Below are positions 25,501 through 37,497 of a stretch of DNA of 64,000 nucleotides, piece after piece. Below the pieces are notes generated by a model. It saw nothing but the letters and a program-made list of their open reading frames with translations. It was not told the DNA's origin and did not search any database. The stretch covers positions 372,001 to 436,000 of the forward strand of contig NC_089431.1 in NCBI RefSeq assembly GCF_026210795.1, written 5' to 3'. The DNA is from Rhizophagus irregularis. Lineage: Eukaryota. Position 1 is the stretch's first letter; every line of letters begins with the position of its first letter. A program made the translations under genes and the position numbers.

Positions 25501-27961
25501 ATGACCACTCAAGCTCAAGTTATCCCCAAGTTCGGTGAACAAACGAAAGCCTTCAGTATCAATGAGCTTAAACAGTTTATTGTCGCTGCAAAGAGTATGA
25601 GTGATCTCGATCAAGCCAAGAGGTATCTTTGCAGTTATTTCATTCCCTGTGCAGATCCTCATGGGGTTTTCTGGTGGGACCCGGATAGTAAAAGTTTGAA
25701 ACACGTTATTGATAAAAATATTGGTAAACTTATCCGTCCAATCACGAAGGCATTCTACACACAACCTGAACAAGGACCCTCTCAAAAGACCGAGTTCAAC
25801 ATCTACAAGTGGTTTATGGTCGAGAATACCGATGTATGTAATGCAACCTGTGATCCCCATAAACAGCGAATCTTCAGATCCTTAACTGGCCAACTCTATC
25901 TAAATATCTTCCCAGGATTCCTCCACGTCTTACGTCTGATATCCACCTTTGAGTCTACAATTCACCTTGCGGTTAAATTTATCATCTCTCACATTCAGGA
26001 AATCTGGTGTTCGGGTGATTGGAATCTCACTGAGTATATCATCAAATGGTTAGCCGGTGTGGCAGCTGGAAGGAAAATGTACTTGATTCTCTACCTAAAA
26101 TCTGGACAGGGTTGGGGCAAAGGTATTATAACAGATTTCATTCAGCGCAGCGTCCTAGGCACTCAACTCGTTTATAAGACCAGCGATCCTCAGACGATTC
26201 TTGGAAGTTTCAATGGGCAATTACAGGGTAAGGTTCTTCTTCTTCTCGAGGAAATGCCCACAGAAAAAAGCCAGTGGAATTCTCTGTATCGCTCTTTGAA
26301 AGATAAAGTAACGAGTGATATAATGGAAATCCATGAAAAATACAAGACGCCAACACATTACAAGAACTTTATGTCAACTATTGTCCTTACTAACGAAAAT
26401 GCTCTTAGAGTAGAGAATGACGATAGGCGCACAGTGTTCTTGGACGTGTCACCATCCCGCAAGGGAGACCTCAACTACTTCAAAAAACTCGGTGATGCTA
26501 TGAAATACCCAGGTGCCAGTGAGGCATTCTATGCTTATTTGAGAGCCATCGCGAATGCTTACCCGGACTTCAATGGAAATCCGCCACCCATGACAACATC
26601 CAAACAGGAACATATCATCTCGACTCTTCCACCACTATTCCAATTTATAAAGGACACATACTTCGTAGTGAAAAATTATATGACCGACCTACCTGTTCAA
26701 GAATTTTATAGGGTATATACTTCATATTGCGAAACTTATTGCATTTCACCCCTATCAAAAATAAACGCTTCTAGAATCCTATCAAATGAGTTGGGTATAA
26801 ATAGCAAAGTAGTACGCAAGGGTGGAAAAATACCATGGGTTTACAGCATATCCAGGGAGGACCTCTACAAGAAGTTCTTCGGCAAAAACTGGATTTACAA
26901 AACAGACGAGATAGACATAGAAGGAATTGATATAGAGACTTCTAAGAAACCCGCATCAGACCCCAAAGCCTTGGAGAAGTTCTTGGCAAATATATATAAT
27001 CTAGCTAACAATCCACAAGACGTACAAGAGAAATCCGCTGAGGAAAAACCCGCACCTGTAATTCGCAAGACTCCTCCACCGCTTCCACCCAAGCCTGGCC
27101 ACTTAAAAGAACGTCTACAAGAGTTAAGGGAAGAAAAACCGTCTGCCCCGAGCTAGATGACTATGATGTCTTAGACGACTTGTTATCAGACTCAGATTCT
27201 ACAACCGCAAACCCAGTTCCTGAAAAACCATCTGCTCCCGAGCCAGATAACTATGACATCTTAGACGACTTATTATCAGACTCGGATTCTACAACCGTGG
27301 ACCCAACTCCTGAACAACAACCCGAGTCTCCCACAAAATCTTCTGCATCTGTCACTAAGCCTGACCCAGAACTGGCTCCTGAAGAGCAATTTATCCCAGA
27401 ACCTGATACAGAACCAGAAGTCGACCAGGATCCTGAACCAAAGGAAGGCACTCGAACGCACTGGGCTTGGCAAGAAAGACACCGATGAGATCGCAAACCG
27501 TGGGTTAAAAATTCAAAGGACCAGGTCTTCAATGATCTCTACAATACAGGTAAGGATTTATGGGCTAAGTACCAAGACGCATCAGACGACTATGACTGGG
27601 AAATACTCACGTTTGAAGTAGAGGAATGCCCACAACATGTATTGAGGACAAGTACCAGTACTATCTTAGGGAAGTAGTAGACCGCTTCAAGGATTGGATC
27701 AAATATAATGGATACTTATCTAAAACACCTAGCCGTAAAGAACTCACGGATTTAATAAGAGTATACAAGGATAATCGTGATGCTGAAATTATCCTCACCC
27801 CCTCTGGTTATGAAACTATGAGGGCAGATAAGGGTAAAGCGCGAGAGATCCCTGAGGAACGTCTAAAGACTAATATGGAATGTGAATGGGAAGCCGCCAA
27901 TGGAATTGTCAACGACTGGGATGAAGAGGATACTGAAGGCGCTATCAACGACTTATTGTAA
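25501..27961 (+). pseudogene. D5-like superfamily-3 helicase (primase-helicase type) of a virus/Polinton-like element; the C-terminal Pro/acidic tail is disrupted
   Basis: Intronless; Walker A ILYLKSGQGWGKG, Walker B LLLLEEM, motif C IVLTNE and DDRR arginine finger. First ~550 codons open; frameshift ~27147, TGA at 27486, frameshift ~27625; 90-bp internal duplication at ~27132-27315. Confidence 0.85.
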
Positions 27962-28043
27962 GCGCTATTCGAGATTATTTCTTTTTTTCGTATATATATA
28001 GAAAGATATTATTTATAGTTGAAGACAAATCATATACATAAAA

Positions 28044-28293
28044 ATGCAATACTCAAGAATCGCCCGCACTTTACCAACACGATCTGACATCAAGAAACTT
28101 CAGTATTCCGGTGCCCGCTTTTCCAGAGGAGCTATCGCCAGACTCGGTCAGACTCTCCAGGCGCGACTTCCAGATAGAAAGTTCCAGATCCTACTCCCCT
28201 ATGAAAACTGGAAACCTGGTGGATGGACATCAGGAAACCAACCAGCCAGCCTCTTTTCACTATTAGACCATTATGATGAAGCACAACTACCGC
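28044..28293 (+). pseudogene. 5' fragment of a second intronless gene of the same element (possibly a family-B DNA polymerase N-terminus), truncated
   Basis: Same GC-richer composition as the helicase gene; MQYSRIARTLPTR...LLDHYDEAQLP, then an abrupt switch to AT-rich ccctataaaaaatatg. The polB identity is an unverified inference. Confidence 0.5.
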
Positions 28294-28816
28294 CCTATAA
28301 AAAATATGCACACTGTTTATATACTGTATATTCATATCTTTGATACTGTTCGCAATTTTATATACTGCACATCAGTATTATGTATACTGTTCGCAAAATG
28401 CCAATAATAAAAAATGTAACAAAGTATACAGTAAATAGACTGTATGATATGGTATTTTAATTTTATACATTTGTAATGTATATTGTATAAATATCTTTCT
28501 ACTGTATATCGGTATTTTGTATACTGTTTGCAAAATATGGATACGGTATATTAAATTCATACATCTATAACGTATCATTCATTTCTGCTATAGATACGGT
28601 ATATTAAATCATACGTTTATAACAATATATTAAAATCTTTATATTCTACTACTTGATCTACCATTGCGCGAACTTTTCTTGCTATTGTTCGAAGTAGTCA
28701 TCAGCAAATTTAATCGGGCATAATATTACGTAAGTTACGATGTCCGTAAATTTATGGAGTAAACATACGTAAGTTTACAGGTATCGTAAACTTCCAGAAT
28801 ATTATAGCATATACTT

Positions 28817-29222
28817 TTGCAAATTTTACGTACCATAATCGTTGCGGAATATTACACTCGAAATCCTTCGAAAATTTACATACCAGAATCGTTACGAAAT
28901 ATTACGCTCGAAATCCTTCGAAAATTTACGTACCGTAATCATTGCAAAATATTACGCTCAAAATCCTTCGAAAATTTACGTACCGGAATCGTTACAAAAT
29001 ATTACACTCGAAATCCTTCGAAAATTTACGTACCGTAATCGTTGCGAAATATTACGCTCAAAATCCTTCAAAAATTTATGTACCGGAATCGTTACAAAAT
29101 ATTACGCTCGAAATCCTTCGCAAGTTTTACGTACCGGAATCGTTATGAAATATTACGCTCGAAATCCTATGAAAATGTACGTACCGGAATCATTACGAAA
29201 TATTACGCTCGAAATCCTTCGC
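28817..29222. repeat. Tandem array with a 50-bp unit, ~8 copies
   Basis: Unit aaatattacgctcgaaatccttcgaaaatttacgtaccggaatcgttacg; aaatcc recurs at 28861, 28911, 28961, 29011, 29061, 29111, 29162, 29212. Confidence 0.95.
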
Positions 29223-29366
29223 ACCTAGAGTTTCAAACCAGATTTATTTTTAAATCTGGATTAGATATGAATAAACTGGATGCTTTCGGATTTTTCAAAA
29301 AGGTTGGGACACTTAGCAAAATTTAAAGAACTCGGAAATATTCGGTAAAGTTAAAATTATACGCTA

Positions 29367-29790
29367 ATTCTGCGGCTTATATGAAAAGTGTTATGCTCAG
29401 TTATACATGCGCCATGTTGTGCGCATAAATCGGGTATAGTTCATGATAATCTTAATCTTTGAATCTTACCTGTCTTTACTAATAAAAAAATTTTTTTTCA
29501 GCGAGACTTTTCCCAATTTAACATCTAAAAAGCTTTCTGCAAGATATAAAGAACGTTTTTGTTAATGCTCCTACATGAAGATGTACACAGTTCACTTAAA
29601 AGAACATGGAATTGCATCACCACGTAAAATTCCGTTACCTAATGCAACACGGTGGAATTCTTAGTTTCGACTGATTTTTTATGCTAAAGATTATATGAAG
29701 CTGAATTGCGAGTTAATACCAGAAATGAAAAAAATAGCGAAAATTCATGCTATTTTACAAGATAATCAACAAAGGGGTAATTACCATCAG
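29367..29790 (+). pseudogene. hAT-type transposase remnant
   Basis: NSAAYMK, a CCAH-like segment and ...ASPRKIPLPNATRWNS*FRLIFY; TRWNS is the hAT signature. Confidence 0.65.
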
Positions 29791-31028
29791 GGTAGTAATT
29801 ACTACCATTTTTCATTTTATTTCACCTTTTTCAAAAGAATTTGTTCATACTCTCGATTTTTTTCAACAAAAAAATTCGCCTATTTTCCCCTTTATTGACC
29901 ACGACTTCAGCATCTTGATTCTTACTTACAGCTAATTTTTTGTTAATTTAGTTTTTTTTTCATATTTTTTGCTTTATTAAGCTAATTAACCAACAAAATA
30001 TCACCAATAAACAAAATCAAAATACTAGTTTATTACAAACATATTTTATAAATTTTATCACAACAAAAAATCATCGTCCCTGGTACGTATATGTGATATC
30101 TGCTTCAAATTTTACTGAATAACTACATATGTATACTTTTTTAGTATTCGCATCAGGATTTAATCAGATTTATCAAAAAATTTGCCGACGGGCTTTAATT
30201 TATTGGTTTTTATATTTTATGTTTATTTTACTGAAAATTTTTGGATACTTTTAAAATATATCGTGTTTTTCTGCGGTTTCGATCTTTGTTTCACGTACCA
30301 TTTTAGACCCTGATCGATATTTGTTTCACGTACTATTTTAGACCCTGATCGATATTTGTTTCACGTACTATTTTAGACTCTAATCCACATACATTGATAT
30401 TGGTTCCACATAGGTACATTTATAATAACCCGAGTATGATTAATACTTTTTCTTAGATTTTTTTTATATCCACATATGTACAGTCAACTCTCTTTATAGT
30501 CACACATTTGGGACAGTCCATATTTGGTGATTATAAAGAGATGTGACTATATAAAAAATTTCTTATATTAGTATATCATAATTCCGGCCAAAAATTAACA
30601 TAATTTTGGCCAAAATTATATTTAAAATTTATTGTATCGTAACTCCTCCAATATTAATCGTAGAGAGATGATCTTACCGCCATTCGATTCGTGTTGATGA
30701 GACGGTTCTAATGGTATAAAATACATCGAAATCCAATCACTAGATTAATTTCCGAAATTAAAAAAATATTAATGGTTTTTGTGTAATAACTCTTCCAATA
30801 TTGATCCTAGAGAGACGATCTTACTACCATTCGATTCGTCTTGATGCGACGAATCTAATGGTATAAAATACATCGAAATCCAATCACTAGATCAATTTCC
30901 GAAATTAAAAAATATTAAATAGTTTTTAAGTAGTAACTCCGTCAATATTGATCATAGAGAGATGAGCTTACCACCATTCGATTCGTCTTGATGAGGCGAT
31001 TCCAACGAGCTATTAATCGTCTTTTTAC

Positions 31029-34000
31029 TGTGCAAACAGTCTTATGACTATATCTTTTATTATTATTTTAAGTTTCGAAAATATAATCGAACAATATTAC
31101 AAAAATAAGAAAATAAACAAAAAAATAAAAAGAGTAGCTTCACGACTCATACAAGTAAAGAAATCTAAACTAAAATAAATTAAAGCAAAGAAAAACTAAA
31201 CTATTACAGAATCGCATACCCCAACTTTACCCGAAGGCCAGTGTGAATCAACTATCCAACATCCAAAAATCCAGTCCGTTACCAGAAAGAGACCCTAAGA
31301 GGTTGAACTGTTAAGCGGCGCAGAAAATCCAAGTGCGAGATCCATGATCCACCCTGAATTATAGAAGAGGATATCCAAGAAATCCAGGAATCCTGAGAAA
31401 CTGTCGCCAAAGAAGAGTTGTGTTTTTGTGGAGAAATAGCAATAGAAGAAGATGTTGTAGAAGGGCCACGTAATTTGAAAGCAGCTGAGATACCCTGCGA
31501 CTCTTCCCAAGCATGGAAAAGTTTTTCACTAGCAAGCTAGTCGAATTAATCTTTAACTGAAGTTTTATGTGTAAATTCTGGCTGACATAAAATGTTGTAA
31601 AAATTTGTAATTCAATAAGGTAAATTCATCAATCGCTAAAGCGCTGTATGTAAATTTCCGATACAGAATGATAAAATTTGTATTCATAGAGAGAAGGGAA
31701 ATAGGAAAGCTTAAAATAAGCATGAAAGAAGTGAAAGAGGAGAATAAGGAAAAGAAAATAAAAGAGAGTAATTATAATTAAAAGGAACCAGCGCAATTAG
31801 CGCATTAAAAAAATAGGATGAACAAAATCAGCAGGTAAAACCCACTGTGATCGAAAATCAGAAGGAACAGGATAAGGATGTGAATCAAACCAAGGTACAC
31901 AAACATCCAATAATATTAAGATATCACTAGGTTTAACACGACCTAGTTTGAAAGAAAAGCGTGTATCACTATTCCAAAAATGTGAAAATGTCGAAGAGGA
32001 GGCCGATTTGGTGATAACAGATTGGATGGCATCTCGAAGATACTTTTTCGATACCGATGAAGTGTTGTGCTTGGAAATTATTAACCAGAGGAAGTTGTGA
32101 GAAGGTACATAAATAGAAGCACTATTCGAGAGTATCCTTCGAACCATATCAATAATGGAACGACTAAAGCCAAGAGTTTTGAAATCTTGATAATCAATAG
32201 CAGGGCAGTTTGGACCAACAAAAGGACCAGAGGTGGGTTTGTCAGTAATAAAATGACTTCCAACTACAGAAGAGGGATTCAAAACCACTTTTTGGATAGA
32301 ACCTGTAAATTTAGAAGATACAAACGCAACTGAAGAGTGATGTGAACATTCTTTCAAACAGAAGGAAACGTCAGGACGCGAGGATACAAGATTACGTATA
32401 TTCTGAACAATTGAGTAATCAGTAGTAGACATAGTCAAATTATAAGAGGTAGGAGGAATGACTATAGCAGGATCCTTGGTGGCTATCCACATAGAAGAAT
32501 CGAGAAGATCAGGGTGAACAACATGTCGTGAAAATTTGCTCCGATCTGATAAAAGGTCTTTATGGCGTACTTGACGGGCAAGTTGTTTCTTCGTAGGGTG
32601 GGAGATGGATTCGTGATCAGAATATGTGATAAGGGTTCGTGCAGAAAGTGAACCATTATCGTCCTCAAGAACATGGTGAAAAGCATAAGATTTGCGGTAG
32701 GAAAGTCCTAGGCGTCGGGAAGTTACATCTTTATAAAAGCCATCAGCGTGTCTTTTAGACACACGGTTACAAGGTAAGGTGAAAGGAGGAGAAGGAGGAG
32801 GGGGAGGTGTATGAACAAGTTTTTTGTCATGAATATGACAAGCATGACGAAATTGAGACATAACATAGGCAGCAGGAGTCTTGCAAAACGGGCAACCAAA
32901 ATAAAGGCCAAGGTAAAAGCAAGATTGATGATATCGAAATTGAATAAAAGTACGAGTACGTCTATTATTACGATGAGAAGATGACCAACGAGTGAGGGAA
33001 GTAACATGTTGTGTTAATAAAAGCTAGCGTAACCTATTAAAATATTTTCGTCGAGCATGAGAGGGAATACGGTTTTGTCGGTAAAAGAAAAAGGTTAAAA
33101 ATTTAGATAGAATAAATTTTAAGTTAGGAGAAGGACGATCAGATGTAAATTGAAATGGATCAATAGTTGAAAGAAGAGGAGAATTGGTATGAATCGAATA
33201 ACAATTATCCGAATCAGGAGTGGGGTCCAAAAGGAAGTAACAGTTGCCTCGTCGAATAGAATATAAACGGTTAGAGCCAACATTTCAAGCAGGACGTATC
33301 CGTCCATCCAAGATGGTACGTATTGTAAAAATGTAAGGTGAACACCGCATGTGATCAAGAGGGAGGGCTGAAGTAGGAGTTGCAGGAAAAATATCTGCTG
33401 GAGTACTATTTAAAGAAAGGACCGGAGGAGGAACGTTATTGTCATACTCTACAGTATCTACAAGAGCTGAAATTTGAGGAGTAATGAAAGAGGAGTCTAG
33501 GAATTCATTTTGGAAGGTAATTTCAGGTTCGGAAGAACGTAATAAAGGTGGAACCAATAAACGTATTGTAGAAGGGGATAAAACCAGACGCGTAAAAGAC
33601 AATTTTGTCTTAATTTTCTGTGCGCGTTTAAAAGATGCAGGGGAAATCATAGAAGATACGCGTTTACAAAGAAATTTAGGAGTACGCCGTGAAGGACGTA
33701 AACGATTGGTGCGTCGTGTAGAGGGGGTACATAAATCTAAGATGATATTGGGATCAGCCTCGTATTTAGAAGCCCAAATAGTTAATGGAAGAGGAGGTAG
33801 ATCATCATTTATTGAATCATCATGTGATGGATAATCGTCAACAGGGGGGAAAGCGAAATCCTTTTTTGAATCCGCAGTAGACGAAAGAGAGTCCAAACGC
33901 AAGTGTAAAAGGCATTTTTGTTCAGAAAGAGAGTCGTCTAGTAGCCGGAGAGGGCCAAAAGCGAGGTAAGCACGTGACTTGGCGGAAGAGTTGTCAGGAA

Positions 34001-34253
34001 GAGAGTTGTAACGAGCAAAAAGAGTTTCTTGTTTAAGGGCGCACTTAGCGCAAAGGTCCTCAACTTCGCGAAGTTTGGAAAGAACTTCATCCCAACTCAA
34101 GGTTGAGAAGTCGTGAGAAGAGGCCATAGGCCAGAATAAGAATAGAAAAGATAAAAATAAAAGAAAAAGTAATAAAAAACTTTGAAAAAAAATTTTTTAT
34201 TTTTATGTAAATAATGTCATGAGGGCAACGGGAGAGAGTTAGTTTAGTTTTTT
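31029..34253. mobile_element. 3.2-kb insertion with a 16-bp target-site duplication (non-LTR-retrotransposon-like; no RT present)
   Basis: ttaatcgtctttttac at 31013-31028 and 34254-34269; present once in the empty site of the second MITE copy; T-run at the right end. Confidence 0.85.
31797..34127 (-). pseudogene. Disrupted ~780-codon intronless ORF of unknown function with a CxxC-x13-CxxH motif
   Basis: ORF pieces 34127-33285, 33358-33119, 33230-33024 and 32861-31797 are colinear; reading through the stop at 33024 gives ...FYLGLYFGCPFCKTPAAYVMSQFRHACHIH...SRRLGLSY. Confidence 0.65.
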
Positions 34254-35504
34254 TTAATCGTCTTTTTACAATCACTAGGTACCGAGATATTTAGCAAAAT
34301 GTTAAATGGCGCAGTAAACGTAAATCAAGGAATATAATAATGCCGATGCTTAACATTTTGTTAAATAACTTATTAGCCAGTGATCGTAAAAGGATAAAAC
34401 TACCACCATTCGATTCGTCTCAGTGAGACGATTCTAATAAGCTATGGTACATCTTTGTACGATTATTAGATGCCAAGTTATTTAATATATTCTTTATATA
34501 ACTGTGATTATAAACAGTTCTTTTTAATATAAGATTTTTGAGGATAGGTGTGATAGTGACTATAGATAGATTGTGACTATATAGGATAGATTTTAATAAT
34601 AAAGTGTTTTGAACATTCAACTGGTGTGACTATATAGTAGAATGTGACTATAACGGGAGTGACTATAGAGGGAGTTGACTGTAGACCCAAATCCACGTGT
34701 TCTTCTCCACATACATCGATATTGGTTCCACGTAGGTACATTTATAATAACCCGAGTATGATTAATGTAGACCCAAATCCACGTGTCCTTCTCCACATAC
34801 ATCGATTTGATTCCACGTAGGTACAAAAAATTTGCTGACGGGCTTTAATTTATTGGTTTTTATATATTATGTTTATTTTACTGAAAATTTTTGGATACTT
34901 TTTAAATATATCATATTTTTCTGGGGTTTCGATCTTTGTTCCACGTACCATTTTAGACCCTGATCGATATTTGTTCCACGTACTATTTTAGACCCTGATC
35001 CACATACATTGATATTGGTTCCACGTATGCACATTTAATAACTTCTGGGTATGATTTATACTTCTTCTTAGATTTTTTTATATCCACATATATATTTAAT
35101 AATTCGTAACCATTAGTATTGATTGAGCTCAGGGGATTTGTTTTTATTTTTTATATTGGCATTAACAGGTCGCAGGAAAAATGAAAATTTTCGTATATTT
35201 TCAAAATTTATTGTTTTTTCTGACTTTTACAGTACTATTTTAGTCCCTGATCCACGTATGTACATTCATAATAATTCATAACCATTAAATAATATTAAGC
35301 TTTTTCACATACATCGATATTGGTTCCACGTGGATACATTTATAGCAACTTCTAAGTTTTTCCTAATTTAGATTTTTTTATATTCACGTATGTACATTTA
35401 ATATTCATAAATACCGTAAAATAAAGACTTGCTCAATATTTTTTTTCGTGAGGATTCTTACCTTATAAATTTTATAATTCTCTATTATCATCAACATTAC
35501 AAAC

Positions 35505-36675
35505 ATGTCCGGAGATAGATCAGAATTTCGAAATAAAATTCAAAAACTTCTATCGGCGGGTGAAGAAACATCAAACAAACGCCGAGGTATTGAAAGTAGT
35601 ATGAGTAGCACGAGTAGCATGAGTGAAAATAGCTATGAAGTTTTTAATGGTATGCAAATATTTGAATATTATCGTTTTTTAAAATTATGATAATTTATAT
35701 TTTATAACAAAAATTTATTTTATTAGAACAACTCATAAAACTCAACAAAAAGGTTGATAATATGATAGAACAAAATAAACAGTTCAACATTAAATTAATC
35801 GAGGAGAACGTAAAAACCAATAAACATTTGGAATTTTTATGCAATAGAATGAAGGAGATGGTCGAATCTGATAATTCCGGTGATAATAACTTCATAAAGG
35901 TTAGTCTAGCTTTTTTAAATTTTAAAGTCATATACATATTATAACTCAAATTATATTTCTTTAGATCATAATAAAAGATGTTGCCAAAGCAACATTTAAT
36001 ATAAGTATATACCCTACCAAAGAAGAATTACGAGAAGCAACTAAGGAATTTCTCAAAATTCGACATCAAGACTTTTACAACAAATTCACTACTAAAACGC
36101 AGTGGATTTCATATTTTAACAACAAAATTTGTCCAGAAGTAAATTTTTTATATTTAATATTTACGTTTTAGAAAACTAATAAATAATAATAATCTTTTTT
36201 TTTTAATAAAAGCTTCTATCAAAACAAAGATCCCTACGAAGTTGCTTGACAACTAAAGCTAGAGATGCTTTATTCAGCTATTTTGGAGAAGTAATTTTGC
36301 CACCCATCAATACTAACACTTCATCAGCAGGGATAATTGAATGGAAAAATCATCCTGCAGTGGCTGAATGTTACAATAAACTTTTTAATCAAAATGGAAG
36401 TTTTGGCATGCTTATGCGAATACTTGAAAGAGTATTCGCTGGAGAATATCCATCTTCTTTGCATCTCACCTTCGTAACAGCCACGTTCGCAGTATTATTG
36501 GACTCAAAGTCTAAAACAATACAAACAAATGAAAATACAATGAAAAATAAAATAGAATATTATATGGTAAATTTCATAATTTTGAACTTAAATTGTAATA
36601 ATGGTATCTATTTATTAACTAATTTATAACGGTCAGAATTTATTAGATGATGATAGAACAGACGGCAAAAACTAA
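35505..36675 (+). CDS. Intact 5-exon, 294-aa protein of unknown function (coiled-coil N-terminus; probable transposon accessory gene)
   Basis: Exons 35505-35649, 35727-35899, 35965-36138, 36213-36566, 36637-36675; GT-AG introns; 885 nt in frame. Confidence 0.8.
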
Positions 36676-37353
36676 AAAATATATTGATTCCGTAAGTAAA
36701 AAAATTCTTCTTTTTCGATAATATTATATCCTTTTTCCTTTAAAGGTTCTGACTAATTAATATAATTCTTTTCTATATTACTAAATTTAACAAGTGTGCA
36801 TGTTTTTCAATTTTGAATGGGGGAGGTGCTGATAGAAATATGTTTTTTTTAAAGTAAAGGGCTTAGCAAGAATTTTATATATAAAAATTTGCAAATTTTT
36901 TGTAACAAACCAAATAAAATTTTCAATTCAATAATAAATTTAAGGCAAATTTGACTTTTTACTTCATGTGCCGATCTCTGGAAATAATCGAAATATGATC
37001 GGCTTTTATCAGCCGATCATTTATCCAATTCTAGTAAAATTTTATTCAATTCGGCTGATCTGGGACCAAAGATTTTTAAAGAAAACTTCAATAAAATAAA
37101 AACAATAAAATAAAAACGTATTTTGTGGTGAAAAAACATATTTTTTATTAATTATGTGCAAAAAAAAAGATCAAAGTAACAAATTTTTGTGAATCGGCTG
37201 ATCTTAATAAGATTCATGGCCATATGATAAATAATTTTATATGTAAATATGGCCATTTTTACTGAAGGAAATAAAAATTTGTGTATAAATACGGTCATTT
37301 TTACCAAAGGCAATAGCAAGTAAATAATTCAAATCCTATACAAATACCTTAAA

Positions 37354-37497
37354 ATGATACCCCAGGAATGCCCATATTGCTCAAGAACATTTTTCTCCAA
37401 ATCTGGATATACTCAACATGTTAAACATTGTGTTCCTCCTGTAATTGTTAGTGATAGTGAATCGGATCTCGTAACTAATATTAATATGTTTATTTAA
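37354..37497 (+). pseudogene. Truncated N-terminal C2HC zinc finger, resembling the start of Plavaka-type transposases
   Basis: MIPQECPYCSRTFFSKSGYTQHVKHC followed by an acidic stretch; cut off by the palindrome array. Confidence 0.55.

Larger units (their letters stand above)
30481..34681. mobile_element. Tc1/mariner-type MITE, copy 1, interrupted by a 3.2-kb insertion
   Basis: TA|cagtcaactctctttatagtcac ... gtgactatagagggagttgactg|TA (23-bp TIR, 2 mismatches); halves 30481-31028 and 34254-34681 match the intact copy at 48027-48982. Confidence 0.92.
30175..35400. repeat. Complex tandem array (~270-300-bp units and shorter ttccacgta/gaccctgatc subunits) that hosts the MITE
   Basis: 30175-30478 repeats at 34826-35090; the atgTAgacccaaatcc subunit seen intact at ~34765 is the site split by the MITE. 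Confidence 0.8.

Noticed and set aside
25474..27532. Antisense ORFs over the helicase gene and other TE genes
   Set aside because: Shadow ORFs opposite well-supported coding strands, with no motifs of their own
28817..29326. Four overlapping ORFs in the ORF track
   Set aside because: Artefacts of a 50-bp tandem unit cycling through frames
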